DNA from: a virus
Taxonomy: Duplodnaviria > Caudoviricetes
DNA length: 64,000 nt
Virus record (IMG/VR): IMGVR_UViG_3300037067_015270
Coordinates: 32,001-96,000 of that record
Reading direction: 5' to 3' (one strand)
In this document: positions 28,722 to 40,900 of the stretch, in pieces
Layout of the letters: each line of letters begins with the position of its first letter
How positions within the stretch are numbered: the first letter of the stretch is position 1
Translations under genes and position numbers: made by a program
The notes under the pieces: model-generated
Told to the model about the DNA's origin: nothing
The model's database searches: none
What the model saw: the letters and a program-made list of their open reading frames with translations, nothing else

Positions 28722-29972
28722 TTATTCTTCGGGCCAAGGCTTTCCACAGCGATTGCAAATACCATCATCCCCACGTTCTAACCTTGCTCCACAATGAGGA
28801 CAACATTCCTCTGGATGCTCTGGATCATAACTTGGATCTTTCTTTCTGGATTCAAGTAATACATTCTTCACAGCATGTTTTCTAAAATCCGCAACAGCCT
28901 CCCTAATAACATCATCAGAGCAATCTGATTTTACGACCAACTCATTACCTACAGCTTCAAACAAAACTGTATGATCATAATCCCAACCAGCATCAAAGAG
29001 CATCTCTGCATGATTTATGGCTGAATCGATAATGAATTGCTTCGAAAAAATGTCATAAATTGCCAATAATGGATGTTTGTTTGATTCGATAAGCAATTGT
29101 TTGCCGACCGTGTGATGTTTAATATATGAGTCTGTAGAGTCCCAGATATAACCTATTTCTGGTGAATAATTATACCCCTCATATCCCAAATCATCTAAAT
29201 GATATTCAGGGCCATAGTCGCCAGTTCTACGCCGACGTCTATCCTCTGGTTTCTCGGGCTCTTCTGGTTCCTCGGGCTCAGGCCGTCTGGATAATTCAGC
29301 TTGTCTACGAAGCTCCTTCGAGATTTCCAACTGACGCTCCATCTCTTTGAGCTTCTTCCTATCCCTTACATATCTAGCTGCTTTCGCCTTCTTCGCTGCT
29401 TTGCTACCAGCTATTCCGACTCTTTCAGGAGAAGTTCGTCGCCTCTGTTTTTCTGGCTCATAAAGACGACGTTTGAGTCTCCATGCCTCCCTATCTAAAT
29501 CATCAACACGCTCATCCGTGTCTTTTTCTGGCTCTATAGTTTTTGTCGCCTTGCTAATATCTGATGTCGTCTTGACCTTTTCATCTTTCGAACTTGGTTT
29601 TGTTTTGATATATGAATCTAGCTCATTATGTTCTATGCCTTTTATATATCTAGAATCATATGTCCTATAGAACATAGCAATATCTGGTAAGATAGATTTC
29701 AGATATCTGTATCGTGCACGTAAACTATCTCTACTAAATATTCTCTTTGACGCTTTGCGTAGTTTAAGTAGCTGACCGCTTGAAAGATAATTTAAGTTTA
29801 CGCCAGCAAGCAAATTATTTCTGGTTGTTGGGTTTTTCCATGTGCCAAGAACCAATACATCTGGGTGGCTATCAGTGTCATAATTTAAATAACCGAAACT
29901 ATCCCTAGGAAACTTATTCTTGCCTAGTCGCTTGCTACCAGTTTTTCTTAACTTACGCTCAAATAATTTCAT
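28722..29972 (-). CDS. Protein with a T4 gp2 (DNA end protector)-like N-terminal domain
   Basis: DSHPDVLVL...LAGVNLNYL...YRTY pattern. C-terminal Zn ribbon. Confidence 0.4.
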   Translation of the reverse strand: MKLFERKLRKTGSKRLGKNKFPRDSFGYLNYDTDSHPDVLVLGTWKNPTTRNNLLAGVNLNYLSSGQLLKLRKASKRIFSRDSLRARYRYLKSILPDIAMFYRTYDSRYIKGIEHNELDSYIKTKPSSKDEKVKTTSDISKATKTIEPEKDTDERVDDLDREAWRLKRRLYEPEKQRRRTSPERVGIAGSKAAKKAKAARYVRDRKKLKEMERQLEISKELRRQAELSRRPEPEEPEEPEKPEDRRRRRTGDYGPEYHLDDLGYEGYNYSPEIGYIWDSTDSYIKHHTVGKQLLIESNKHPLLAIYDIFSKQFIIDSAINHAEMLFDAGWDYDHTVLFEAVGNELVVKSDCSDDVIREAVADFRKHAVKNVLLESRKKDPSYDPEHPEECCPHCGARLERGDDGICNRCGKPWPEE

Positions 29973-30418
29973 TGAACCGATTGCATCAATATTCTATTGC
30001 CTGTGAAGTAAGTTTCAGCCCCTTTAATTTTCACCTCACCAAATCCACGCGATTCGAGCGTATACAGCAGCTTTTCGATTTCTGGTGTCGTCCCAAACAT
30101 ATTCAAATTTCTAATATCATTTAATGATATGATTCCATTATCAGATGCTCTGGCTATCACAACAAATAATTTCTTCGCCACAAATGGTAATTTGCTAAAG
30201 AGCTTGGCTTGCGCTCCAAGTTTGCTCTCGACAATTGGTATCTTGATTGTTCTCATAGCATTATCTACCAGATACGACAAAGGCGACAGTATACGAGTAT
30301 CAGTCGTTATCTGTCGCCTTTGGCGCGGTCGATTATACTCGTCGTGGAATCGGTCTTCGAACAGGTTCTGGTTGATCGAAGTCGAAATTGTCGATTTCGT
30401 CATCACCTCTAACGCCAA
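29969..30418 (-). CDS. Hypothetical protein (possible winged helix)
   Basis: IEKLLYTLESRGFGEVK. Confidence 0.5.
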   Translation of the reverse strand: MALEVMTKSTISTSINQNLFEDRFHDEYNRPRQRRQITTDTRILSPLSYLVDNAMRTIKIPIVESKLGAQAKLFSKLPFVAKKLFVVIARASDNGIISLNDIRNLNMFGTTPEIEKLLYTLESRGFGEVKIKGAETYFTGNRILMQSVQ

Positions 30419-32840
30419 GATCTAGCTCGGGCGACACAGCAGATCTCATATGGCCACAGCCATAACACTGACCTTTCTCATCAGGCGATTCCGATGAGCC
30501 GCAATTTGGACACATACTGCCTTCTGGGTCGATAGATCCAGGAGATTCAGCATTATATTCTGGTTCATCGTCACCAAATTCATCAACTGTATCTGCTTCA
30601 CCCCCCATACCATAATCATCTATACTACGTCTATCTGGGTCAAATCCACGATAAAATGCTTCACGTTCCGGAGTGTGAATTGAGGTACCCCACGCCTCGG
30701 ACATCGTTTGGAAAGCCCTTTGGGCGACCGGCCAGCTAAATGGCCCAACAACCGCAGCACCCCAGTTATGGTTCTTGACACGGCAAGCAACACCCTCAGA
30801 GACTACGCGATCAGCAAAGGCATTCGCAACTTTCCCGGTCTTGAACAGAATCTTGCCTTCACAAGCGATAGGGTCACGTTTCTTCATCTTGGCTAACGGT
30901 AAGCGATGGCGGTAAATGATTGTCTTCTGATGGGGCATTGTATATAGAGCCTCAAGAACAATCTTGCTATTACCACATGCTTGCGATAATTCTTCAACAA
31001 CCGCTAATGCATCCGTTAGTGCAGAGAAAGTAGCTGATGCCCCTTCCGTTTTCACGCCAAAATGGACAGTATATTTCCCGGCACGGCCAATTTTCTTCGC
31101 ACCATTAGCAATTGCTTCTTTCGCAACGCGAGACAGCTTTAGGATATTCTCCTTCATGGTCCCGCTACCGCCTTTAAAAGCAGCTTGACCACCCGTATTC
31201 TTCATCTTGGGTTTCAATGGAGTCTGCTTGCCTGGGACTTCGCTAGTTATACCATCAGATGCTGTACCAGACGTGCTCTCACAAGTTTCTTGTGGAGGAA
31301 TAGCAGTCCCCAGCTCTCCCTGACCACTCTTCGTCTTGTCTGTTGTGTAGAAACCATCCTTATTGGCTTTGGCGTCTTCACCATTCATTCCGCCAAGTTC
31401 ATCACTTTCACGCAGGAAATCACAAAGCATACAACCGTTCGCATCCAAGGTTGTACCACAGTGTTTGCATCGCCCTTCTTTTACTACGCGACCACGACGT
31501 CGCGACTCAGTCTTAACGACTTCCTTTGATGGATCTATCGCATTCTTTTCATCATCTTCGCGGCCCTTCATAGCAACAGACGTTGCTTTCCCTTTGACAG
31601 CAGACCCGATCTGCTTCATCATATTGCCGCTTTCCGGCGATCCGGTTTCATCACCAATCTCAGAATCTTCACAGACCTCTTCTGTTTCTTCTTCGCCGCC
31701 CTCTTCACCTTCTCCATCAAAAGGGAGGTCACCCTCTGCTGCTTCGTCTTCTGGGGTTTCGGTTGATTCATCATGCCCAGCGATCAAATTAGCAGCTCTT
31801 CCAAAATCAACACTTATCGCTTGAAACACATCAGCAAGATCATCAGAAGCAGGTTCAACTTCGATACCTTGTTCAAATTCACCAGGTATCTCGGCAACTC
31901 CTTGTTCTGGTGATCCACCCTGTTCTATGTCTTGCTCTGGAACTTCTGGCGGTATCTCGTCATCTTCCTCGACTGGGACGTCGGCAACCGCACCAGATCC
32001 AACCATTTCAGAAAGCAGGCGTGGTTGCCAGAATCTACCACTAGCATCATTACCCTCGTAGAACATATACTTGCGGCTGGCTGCCATCAAAGTCTTCAAA
32101 TTCCGTTCCGATAAAGTTGTCTGCACGCCGTGAGCATAGCACAACTGTTGGAAGTCATCTAAGCAGACATATGAAGACTGTCCACTATAAGATTCGAACA
32201 AACTCTGAAGGTTAACGTTATCACCTTCCATGATATTGGCAATATTCGCAAGTGACCACTCCTCTGCCACGCTGCCCGACATAGTGCTCTTGCTGCCCTT
32301 TAGGGTTTCAAATTGTCCACCCTTATTCTTCTGCATCGAGTTCTGCCCTAGCTCTGACCCCATTGTACCAATGGCAGTTGTGATGTCATCGCTAGCAGAG
32401 CCATTCTTGATTATTTCTGTCTCAAAGCCGCCACCAGTATTCTTCTGCTTCGTCTTAAGATTCATGTCCTTAAGATGAGTAGTAATACCATCGCAAGCTT
32501 CACCAGAAGTGCTTTGACCAAATTCTTCAAAGCCACCAGTATTCTTTTGTTTGCCGCCGAGCCTATCAGTGCGGCCACCAATCTTATCCATGAAGTCGCC
32601 TTTGACTCCCTTGACGTCTTGGACTGCTTCAGAAATACGTGACTTTGCCATCTTGAACTCCTGCAATTTAATTGGTGCCTCAATATCCTGGCACTCTGGA
32701 TCAAGCTCGTTGAGTACCCTTTTTACCGGTTTTCCGGGTTGTCTAACAGTCCGTTCCGGATGACCCATACGATTGGTCTTATCCGTTTCATCTTTGTCTA
32801 CATCTGCGGCATTAGGAACATTCTTTGGTTTATCTGCCAT
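30333..32840 (-). CDS. Large acidic protein, probably an internal head/core component
   Basis: 835 aa with Glu/Asp-rich tracts, repeated QKNTGG motifs and many hydrophobic-x-E sites. Confidence 0.5.
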   Translation of the reverse strand: MADKPKNVPNAADVDKDETDKTNRMGHPERTVRQPGKPVKRVLNELDPECQDIEAPIKLQEFKMAKSRISEAVQDVKGVKGDFMDKIGGRTDRLGGKQKNTGGFEEFGQSTSGEACDGITTHLKDMNLKTKQKNTGGGFETEIIKNGSASDDITTAIGTMGSELGQNSMQKNKGGQFETLKGSKSTMSGSVAEEWSLANIANIMEGDNVNLQSLFESYSGQSSYVCLDDFQQLCYAHGVQTTLSERNLKTLMAASRKYMFYEGNDASGRFWQPRLLSEMVGSGAVADVPVEEDDEIPPEVPEQDIEQGGSPEQGVAEIPGEFEQGIEVEPASDDLADVFQAISVDFGRAANLIAGHDESTETPEDEAAEGDLPFDGEGEEGGEEETEEVCEDSEIGDETGSPESGNMMKQIGSAVKGKATSVAMKGREDDEKNAIDPSKEVVKTESRRRGRVVKEGRCKHCGTTLDANGCMLCDFLRESDELGGMNGEDAKANKDGFYTTDKTKSGQGELGTAIPPQETCESTSGTASDGITSEVPGKQTPLKPKMKNTGGQAAFKGGSGTMKENILKLSRVAKEAIANGAKKIGRAGKYTVHFGVKTEGASATFSALTDALAVVEELSQACGNSKIVLEALYTMPHQKTIIYRHRLPLAKMKKRDPIACEGKILFKTGKVANAFADRVVSEGVACRVKNHNWGAAVVGPFSWPVAQRAFQTMSEAWGTSIHTPEREAFYRGFDPDRRSIDDYGMGGEADTVDEFGDDEPEYNAESPGSIDPEGSMCPNCGSSESPDEKGQCYGCGHMRSAVSPELDLGVRGDDEIDNFDFDQPEPVRRPIPRRV

Positions 32841-32855
32841 AGTATATCTTTGAAC

Positions 32856-33392
32856 TCATATATTAGATTTCTTTTTAAATGCACGGATTTGCCAATTCTT
32901 TTCAGGTATATCGGATTTCTGTATTGATACACCGGGCTGAATATATTCTACATATGCTCGGTCTTCAACAATAACCCATTCACAGTAGAATTGCCTCGCA
33001 CAAAAATCATGGATCTTTTTAGGCAAATCATCACCAGAAAATATTATTCTTCTGGGAAAAGTAGCTAAAGCGGGGTCGTAATACGTAAAAACTCTATGTT
33101 TATTCTCAATATCTTTTGATATCTTCTTTGATGTCGGCGATTTCACATCGTCAGTAATCATTGCTGGGAAGTTATTTGTCAAAAACGATTCTAAAGATAT
33201 GGCCCATTGTCGATTTTTAGTGATAGTTTGCAATAGCTCATACATCTTCATTCTATTATCAGCACACCCCTTACCGCTCATCAGAAACTGCATTAGATCA
33301 TCATACATATCTGAACTTAGATTTTTTAACCATGTCAGAAATAATTCTGATTTAGCTAAATAGCAGAACTCATTAGAGTTGATTTTTTTCAT
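32856..33392 (-). CDS. Hypothetical protein
   Basis: 178 aa ORF in the structural operon. Confidence 0.6.
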   Translation of the reverse strand: MKKINSNEFCYLAKSELFLTWLKNLSSDMYDDLMQFLMSGKGCADNRMKMYELLQTITKNRQWAISLESFLTNNFPAMITDDVKSPTSKKISKDIENKHRVFTYYDPALATFPRRIIFSGDDLPKKIHDFCARQFYCEWVIVEDRAYVEYIQPGVSIQKSDIPEKNWQIRAFKKKSNI

Positions 33393-33393
33393 A

Positions 33394-36300
33394 TTAAGCT
33401 ATAACTATAATTGGGAATAATATTGCATCAATATTTACATCCTTCATTATAGCTTTTGCGATTGCTTCAAGTGGTGGTATACGTTTAAATGAAACGATAC
33501 CATCATCTGGTACGTTAGCGAAATGTTGTCCGTCTAAAGTTGGCCAAGCAAAACTGACATCACCATACTTTTCAACACAAGCTTGCATACCATCTATATG
33601 TTGGTGTACGACGATGTAATCTTGCCCCGCTATCTCTACGACTACACCACTGTGTTGTAATAAATGCCATCCTTCCAGCATTTTGACTTGTGCATAACTA
33701 ATTGCGCAGCTATCTTCTGATAATGTCTCAAACTTATCGTAAACAAATGCGTCCTTAACAGTGATTCGAATGCTTATTCTACCAGATCCATCTAATAAGA
33801 CTGGCGACACTAATCTCGCACTTATTTCACCGCCTTGATGGTTTATTTCTATTGTCAGGCCGCGATAATTGGATTTGGCAACGTCTTGATCTGTGTAAGC
33901 GCCAAGATTTGGAAATCTTTTGACAGCCTTACCATTTACATCTTGGTATTCTATTTCAACATGGCCAGTGTATTGTTCACCGGAGCGAAAACAACAATCA
34001 ATAATATCTATAACATATTCGCCTTTAGGAAGCTCTGATGATACACTCTTGAAAAATCCCTGATTGCTCTCATCTACATCCAACACTAATTCTGTACTAT
34101 CATCTTCCAATAAGTTCTCAACAGCTTTAGCCTTGAATTTAACTTCAACACCAGCTATTAACCAAGCACCATCAATTGACCAGTTATCGCAATTTGCCTT
34201 AACTATAACTGATCCAAAATTTGATACGTCATCAAGACAATCATTTGAATTCCATCCAAGTATAGTACAACGATAATCATCACCACCAACAGTATTACTA
34301 TCTGTGACTGGATCGAGTTGTTCAATGATTATCTGTACACTTCGTCTTTCTGGATTAGTGTTAAAACCACCGGAATAAGCGTTATGTGCCACACGACACA
34401 ATATTAAGTTGTCGATTACAAATGGACTATCGACGGTGATTGTGATAGCATCTGGTACCGGTTTCATCCCACAGCGATTATCAAGCCATGTTGAAATTGA
34501 TCCATCGCCAACCACAAAATCGCGTGTAAGTATGCTCCCTGTTCCATTTGGTAGCTCTCGGCAGAATCTTTTGTCGGTTTTAGATGAACGCGGGCCTATA
34601 GCGCCACAATTTTTAGAATATGGTGGCTGTAATTGCTCTGGATGTTCTATACGCATCTGAAGCCACCAAGCCTCAGAAGGCCCTTGCTCTGAAATTACTT
34701 TATCGTCTCGTATTAAAGTGTTAGACCATCCATCGCCAGCACCTTGTAGAAAACTCACATTTTTTGTGGCCGATTTTAAAATAAAATTAGACAGTTTGTC
34801 CGATTTATTAACTATGCAGATGTTATAGACGCCGTCAAATAACTTATCATAAAATTTATTATCTTTATGCAGCATAGCACTCGCATCGTTATAACCGGCA
34901 CCAAACCCGTTTGTGTAATAAACCATAAATTCCGCAGCTGATTCGATTTCTAACACAACCGGTTCATTATTATTGAATGCTGATAATGCTTCCGATAACG
35001 ATATTTGTGAACTAGGGTTAGATAATATTTGTTGTTTTACTAACGTTTCAAATCGAGAATCACCAGGTACCACTAATTCAGCAGGCACGCTTGCTGCTAC
35101 GACCCAATCAGATGCTGGTTTAACCTTGGTAAGAACATCAAACGACATTCTAGCTAGATTTTGTCCTCCATCTGTTCTGTGTGTAAATTGCACAGTTTTG
35201 CAACTTCGTAATTCTATAGCCTGTTGTGATATCGGATTTGCAACTGGATTACATGGTTGGTCTACAACATAATAATTCGGATCAGTGTCTGCCGTATCAT
35301 CGGTCCCAGCATATATGACCCATAAACCATCTGGTATGCCTGTGAATACAATCTCGCCTTGATTTGTCGTCGAAGTACCAGCATAAGCACTGCATAACGG
35401 ATATCCAGTTGTATAATAACGCACCGATACCCAAGTATTATTGATACCTTCCGCATCACCAGAAACGGTAACAACCAAAACATTAGAGCCAGACGAGCAT
35501 TTTACTATCTGTTGTATCAGTGTGGCAGTAGCACCAGTAGTGATTGTAGATGTCAATTGCGTTATTGTTAGCGTATCTGGTTGCACTAATGACCATCCAT
35601 CTGGCGCAAATAAATATCCAGTTTTCTCCAAAACAATATTGTATTGTTCTAAACTAGACAAATTTTTGAAGTAGATGTCGCCATCACTATCTGTCTGGCC
35701 ATACGCTAGTACTGTGCCGCCTGTCGATTTCACATATACAACCACAGACTTACATATAGAGAGCGTCGCGCCAGTTATCGTAACTCTTAATTCTGAACTT
35801 GTGGCTACATTGTTTGAACGATAAGCGTTGACAGCTAATTTGCGTGCTAACGACACACCGGGCGGCAGGTAAAGATTTACACCAGGGGTGACCTTACCAT
35901 ATACAGAGCCCTGATAAGTCGCAGAAGAACCACTTCCTGTTTCTGGTATATCAACAGACACGGTATAATCGGCTGGATAATCATTGACTGGAACTTCTGC
36001 CGCCGAAGAAGTCAAGACCGCGTCACGTTTGACATATCTCGGTATAAACCCCGGTGGGCACTCGTCATATTTTAGCGCCTTTCCGTCAGATGATAAGACT
36101 ATACCTGGTACGCAAGCTGGTCCACCAACTGGATCTTGATTGTTCGGAAGATTGTGAATATTGTTTGCGCCAAAACCGTCACCACAAGCAGAGTCCATAA
36201 CTGTAGTATTAACCACAGATTTTCCACTCTTGCGCGGATTTCCATCTATTACCAGACTCTGTGCTTTATTTTGTATGGTTTCATTTGTTATTGTTGTCAA

Positions 36301-37398
36301 ATGCCCAGTAGTCGGGTCTACGAACGAAACAGCTGTAGCAGTAGTGTCCTTTATCGTTACAGCTTGTGCAGCTTGAATGCGTTGTTCTTCAATGTACTTT
36401 CTTGTATCGGCGTTTCTAGATTGCGATTCGCAGTACTCAAGCGCACAACACAAAGCTGCTTTCTGCTCGTCAAACAAACCAGCCATTATAGATAACCAAA
36501 ATTGTACTATGTTTTCACAATCGCTCTTAATCGAAGCAACTTCTCGGTTAAATTCTGCCTCTATAGAGCTAATAATACCAGATATATCAATATAATATGC
36601 ATCCTGTGAATTAGTATAGCAAGTATCTGGTAACCAAGTAACTATTGCTTGCGAAGCAGTGTTTGGTAATGCTATAAGCCAATTGCTGCTTGTTGTTGAT
36701 GATAATCTAAGTTGCGACGGGCAAGCGTCGGGATTGCCAATAATTGATCTAGTCACAACTAAATAGTTCTCAGTTTCACTTATCTCTTCTGTTGCGATTG
36801 ATGTAACTGCACGAGTTATACTAGTGCTAATCCTCTCCAACGATGCTGGTTCTGGCTGTATGGTTAGATTGAACGATGCATTCGCACCATCATCACCAGC
36901 AGGCCCATCTTTACCAAACGTCAAATCATCTTGACCATTAGGACCAGTAACACCTTTATTTCCTTGTACGCCTTGTGGCGAACGTACAACAAATCGGCCA
37001 CTATCGATCATATATTGGAAAAAAGCAGTTGTATCGATGGTAAAGTCGAACGCATAAGTATTTTGATGTATCTGTCTTGAAATAGCTGATATATTGCTTA
37101 TTCTCGCATCACTATTTATTTGTACGTATTCATCGCCCTCAATTAAAGCAATCGTACCACCAGTAAAAGCATAGTTATAATCAGCAACAGTAATTGTCGA
37201 TTGAGGTGGCGGTACCACCAAGCTGTTTAATTTTTTCAAATCATCGGATGACATTAATCCGGCCGCTAATGGCGTTGCTAACGATACAGTACCACCTTCT
37301 TGTTGGTGCCAAATGTGTAGCGTGCCATCATAAACATAAACAAGGCCATCCTCAATTGTTACTGTGTCGCCCGTCTTCGGATTTTTTGGAAATGCCAT
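33394..37398 (-). CDS. Tail fibre/adhesin-like protein with a short collagen-like segment
   Basis: FPKNPKTGD N-terminus, ATPLAAGLMSSDDLKKL, GxxGxxG repeats and Ig/transthyretin-like segments. Confidence 0.65.
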   Translation of the reverse strand: MAFPKNPKTGDTVTIEDGLVYVYDGTLHIWHQQEGGTVSLATPLAAGLMSSDDLKKLNSLVVPPPQSTITVADYNYAFTGGTIALIEGDEYVQINSDARISNISAISRQIHQNTYAFDFTIDTTAFFQYMIDSGRFVVRSPQGVQGNKGVTGPNGQDDLTFGKDGPAGDDGANASFNLTIQPEPASLERISTSITRAVTSIATEEISETENYLVVTRSIIGNPDACPSQLRLSSTTSSNWLIALPNTASQAIVTWLPDTCYTNSQDAYYIDISGIISSIEAEFNREVASIKSDCENIVQFWLSIMAGLFDEQKAALCCALEYCESQSRNADTRKYIEEQRIQAAQAVTIKDTTATAVSFVDPTTGHLTTITNETIQNKAQSLVIDGNPRKSGKSVVNTTVMDSACGDGFGANNIHNLPNNQDPVGGPACVPGIVLSSDGKALKYDECPPGFIPRYVKRDAVLTSSAAEVPVNDYPADYTVSVDIPETGSGSSATYQGSVYGKVTPGVNLYLPPGVSLARKLAVNAYRSNNVATSSELRVTITGATLSICKSVVVYVKSTGGTVLAYGQTDSDGDIYFKNLSSLEQYNIVLEKTGYLFAPDGWSLVQPDTLTITQLTSTITTGATATLIQQIVKCSSGSNVLVVTVSGDAEGINNTWVSVRYYTTGYPLCSAYAGTSTTNQGEIVFTGIPDGLWVIYAGTDDTADTDPNYYVVDQPCNPVANPISQQAIELRSCKTVQFTHRTDGGQNLARMSFDVLTKVKPASDWVVAASVPAELVVPGDSRFETLVKQQILSNPSSQISLSEALSAFNNNEPVVLEIESAAEFMVYYTNGFGAGYNDASAMLHKDNKFYDKLFDGVYNICIVNKSDKLSNFILKSATKNVSFLQGAGDGWSNTLIRDDKVISEQGPSEAWWLQMRIEHPEQLQPPYSKNCGAIGPRSSKTDKRFCRELPNGTGSILTRDFVVGDGSISTWLDNRCGMKPVPDAITITVDSPFVIDNLILCRVAHNAYSGGFNTNPERRSVQIIIEQLDPVTDSNTVGGDDYRCTILGWNSNDCLDDVSNFGSVIVKANCDNWSIDGAWLIAGVEVKFKAKAVENLLEDDSTELVLDVDESNQGFFKSVSSELPKGEYVIDIIDCCFRSGEQYTGHVEIEYQDVNGKAVKRFPNLGAYTDQDVAKSNYRGLTIEINHQGGEISARLVSPVLLDGSGRISIRITVKDAFVYDKFETLSEDSCAISYAQVKMLEGWHLLQHSGVVVEIAGQDYIVVHQHIDGMQACVEKYGDVSFAWPTLDGQHFANVPDDGIVSFKRIPPLEAIAKAIMKDVNIDAILFPIIVIA

Positions 37399-37399
37399 A

Positions 37400-37921
37400 T
37401 TATTGATCTCGTTGACTCAAAAGTACTGGCGGCACATATCGCCAAGTTCTTACACAGACATTGCCAACCGAATTACATGGTGAAGCAAATCTCAATCTGT
37501 GCGGAACAGTGAACTCCATAAAAAGGCAATGGTTTAAGTTGGTCATGTCAATAAATTTAAATGCTTCGGCATTCGGAGTTTCAATCTCTATCGGATAACC
37601 AACAGAAGTCCAATCATGGCCAACATTGCTCTTCCATTCGACTTGCACCCCACGTTTGCCGCCAACCACAAAAACAGCAGGATCTCCATTTAATAATAAA
37701 AAAGCACCACTTATATATTTAACTATATATCCGCCTGGTGGAAGTAATAATGAAGTAATACCAGATTGTGTCTGGCTATAAACATCAACGTACTTAATCA
37801 TACTTGATGAATTACCAGGAATCTCTAACACCCCAAAATCTATTTGTAAAGCATTTATATATTCCGGACCAAACATGCCAACTGCGATAGACATTGAAGT
37901 ACCAACTTTATGGGCTACCAC
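37400..37921 (-). CDS. Hypothetical structural-operon protein
   Basis: 173 aa, between two tail-fibre-like genes. Confidence 0.55.
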   Translation of the reverse strand: MVAHKVGTSMSIAVGMFGPEYINALQIDFGVLEIPGNSSSMIKYVDVYSQTQSGITSLLLPPGGYIVKYISGAFLLLNGDPAVFVVGGKRGVQVEWKSNVGHDWTSVGYPIEIETPNAEAFKFIDMTNLNHCLFMEFTVPHRLRFASPCNSVGNVCVRTWRYVPPVLLSQRDQ

Positions 37922-40900
37922 AATCAGAGCATGGGATTGTGGTATTTGTTACTGTTGCACACATAGTGCTCCTATAACTACTCCACCAATCATCATCTCC
38001 GACATGAAAAGTAGTATCGTTATCTTTATTCAAGAAATATGTCGTAGCAGTATTTATAGCCTGTAACCATCTCCCATCATATGTTATTTCGGTGACCAAT
38101 GGATGCTTATATCCATATGTAGTATAACCAGAAACAGGAACGATACATTGCATAGCCAATACTGCGCTGTTAATCTCATCATCCATTACGAACCCGACAT
38201 CTGTTTCGATAGTATCGACAGCACCACTAACTCTAGGTCCTATCCACCTACCTAGTGTCGTGTCGTAATATGAAAGAGGCGAAGTCTGATCAACATTAAC
38301 TCCATGCGTAGTATTGTTATGTTCCGCAACGATTGCGTTTATCCAATATGTCAAAGATGGCCGCATTGATTCAGTAGTGTCAAGAAGGACAGCAATAATA
38401 TCTGGGCAGATAGCACCATTATTCGTGATTTCATTATAGAACTCCATTATATCTGTAGCAGTAATCCGTTGAATACCAAAGCCGGGCCAAGGCAACACCT
38501 TGTGCGTTATTACTCCTTTACTGTCATTCGGAAAGCTTCCATCCTCTAATAATGTATCAACGTTCGTCCCCCATGATGTATCCGGTAGTATATCTCTTTC
38601 GTCTTGTGTAAAGTTGTGCGCCTCATCAACAACCCACCCATTAGTCTTTGAGCCATCTGCTAGAGTATATTGATCGGGGCCACGGTCAGTTTGTTCTGGA
38701 TAATCTGACGGTCCAGGATTAGCCAATTGCAACACGCCAACTGTTGCATATTGACCTGGACAAAGCGAATTCAACCACACATTCCACAATGCTTTGTCGG
38801 TTTTATAATTTTCATAGCCGACGTTAATTCCGGTCCCCTCATAACTATGATAACCATCGTTCGTGGTGCGTGTAGCACTACAGTTGGATTCGTCAGTTAT
38901 TACCAAAAACAACATCTGGTAAGAAGCAGTAGGAATATATGTCGGTTTTGGCATCCAATAATATAACAACTGTTCGACAATGCCAACCGCACGGCCAAGC
39001 CATCTCTCTGCTGCGTCAATCGTTGACCTAACATATAAGGTCGGAAATAAAATGGTCTGTTTAGCTGGCGATACATATTCCCATCCCCATAAATATACAT
39101 CGCTTGCTACTTGAGTGATATAACCATCCACAGGAGGTGGCGTAGCGAGTTCGCCAGCCTTATTTGTACCTACATCTACCACATCTGTAGATATATGTAA
39201 AGTAGGGTAAGTCTTCTGAATTACAGATATGCCAGCAGCTATAATATCATTAACTTCGTCTGGGTCTCCAAGTGAGCCCGATGTATCAACAACGATATAA
39301 AGAATAGTTGGTGCAAATTGACCATCGTCGGTTATTGTCTTGAACGTCTCTAACATATTGTCTGCTGTAAACGATGGTGTATTCGTTTGAGCAATAGTAA
39401 TCCTACTTCTATCTGTATCCCCAGGCCAAGCAGAGTTACTTGGCTTTAAAGCCCCACCGCGAGGTGCAACGCCAGCGTATCCCTGCGGTTGTAAGATTCC
39501 AAGACGAATTTTATTATCACTACCATTCAAAACAGCCAAAGAATCTTTCCATTTAGCAAGATCATAATCCCATGCTGTCGTATTTGGTGGGATACCAACA
39601 GGACCGCTTACACCATCAGGGCCATTATATCCACTGTAACTGTAAATAGGACTTGCCTCATCAATTATACACATAATAACGACGTGATCAGTACCCGGCA
39701 CTGTAGCGGTCGGACACTGATAACATAAATATCTGCTAGCTGTGGCTGTAGCATCAACCAGCCATCGATCATCTTGATTGTGATCAGATGACGACGAACT
39801 AATAGTTGAAACAAAGCATATATTTGGATAAAGTTTTTCTAATTCAGATATAGCATCGTTTAATGCATTCTGCTCTTCTAGTGCATATTCTGCAACACTA
39901 CTTATCGCCTTCGATTTGAATAATATATTTATTTGATTTGGTATAAACTCACCACCACACAATTTTATTGGTGTGTCATAGTCATATTCAGCATAACTCA
40001 ACATTCTCTCAACAAAAGTAACAATATCGGTTGATGTTATTTTCGGGCTTTGAACCGGCAACAAATGGTAAAAAGTTTCACTCCTCATCGAATCGTATGG
40101 TAATGTGCAATCTGCACACAACATATCTCTTTCATCGCCGTAATAAGTAGCATTGGTATTCGGTATCTGTAATAGTCCTAACGCCACAATCTGATTTGGC
40201 GTTAGACTATTAATAAATTTCTCCCACGCCGACTTATCATTATTGTAGTAATTGACCGTATTCAAGTCTTTGTCTGGAATGCCAGTAACATATACTGGGT
40301 TAGCTTCGTCTGTTATGATGATTTGCATCATCCTATATGGCAATAAACATTTTGCGGGATTAGTCGGATCATATGGTGCAGATGCAGAGTATTGTGTTCG
40401 TACTAATGTTGTAGAATCTACTTCTGATGTTTCGGTTGTTGAGGTCGATAAAGTTGTGATACCGGTTGCACCTGGTGCTGGCTGAGGTGTTTGCCCTACA
40501 GGTACAATTGGTACTACTACCTCAATTTTAAGGGTGACCGTAGTATTGACTGTGTGTGTTGTTATTGTAGTACTATTATAACCTCTAGTAACCACCCACG
40601 CCGTAGTCCCCTGACCAGACGTAACTAACATATCCTCGGAATCAATAGTAACCGTATAAGACCCTGTCGTCGGAAAATTAGTATATGAATCAATATATAT
40701 CGTTGTGTCTGCTACAGTCACAGCCGTCATCAAAAGAGTGCTTGCTATGCCCTGCGAACAATCAGATGGTGCGATCCCAACGCAAAACTCCAAGGGACGC
40801 TTGAACTCACATTGAGCTACTTGTTGTGCTATTGTCGATAGAACTTCGCGTGCTGCTGCATCTTTAGTTTCGACATAACTCTTCATTTGAGCCATCCACG

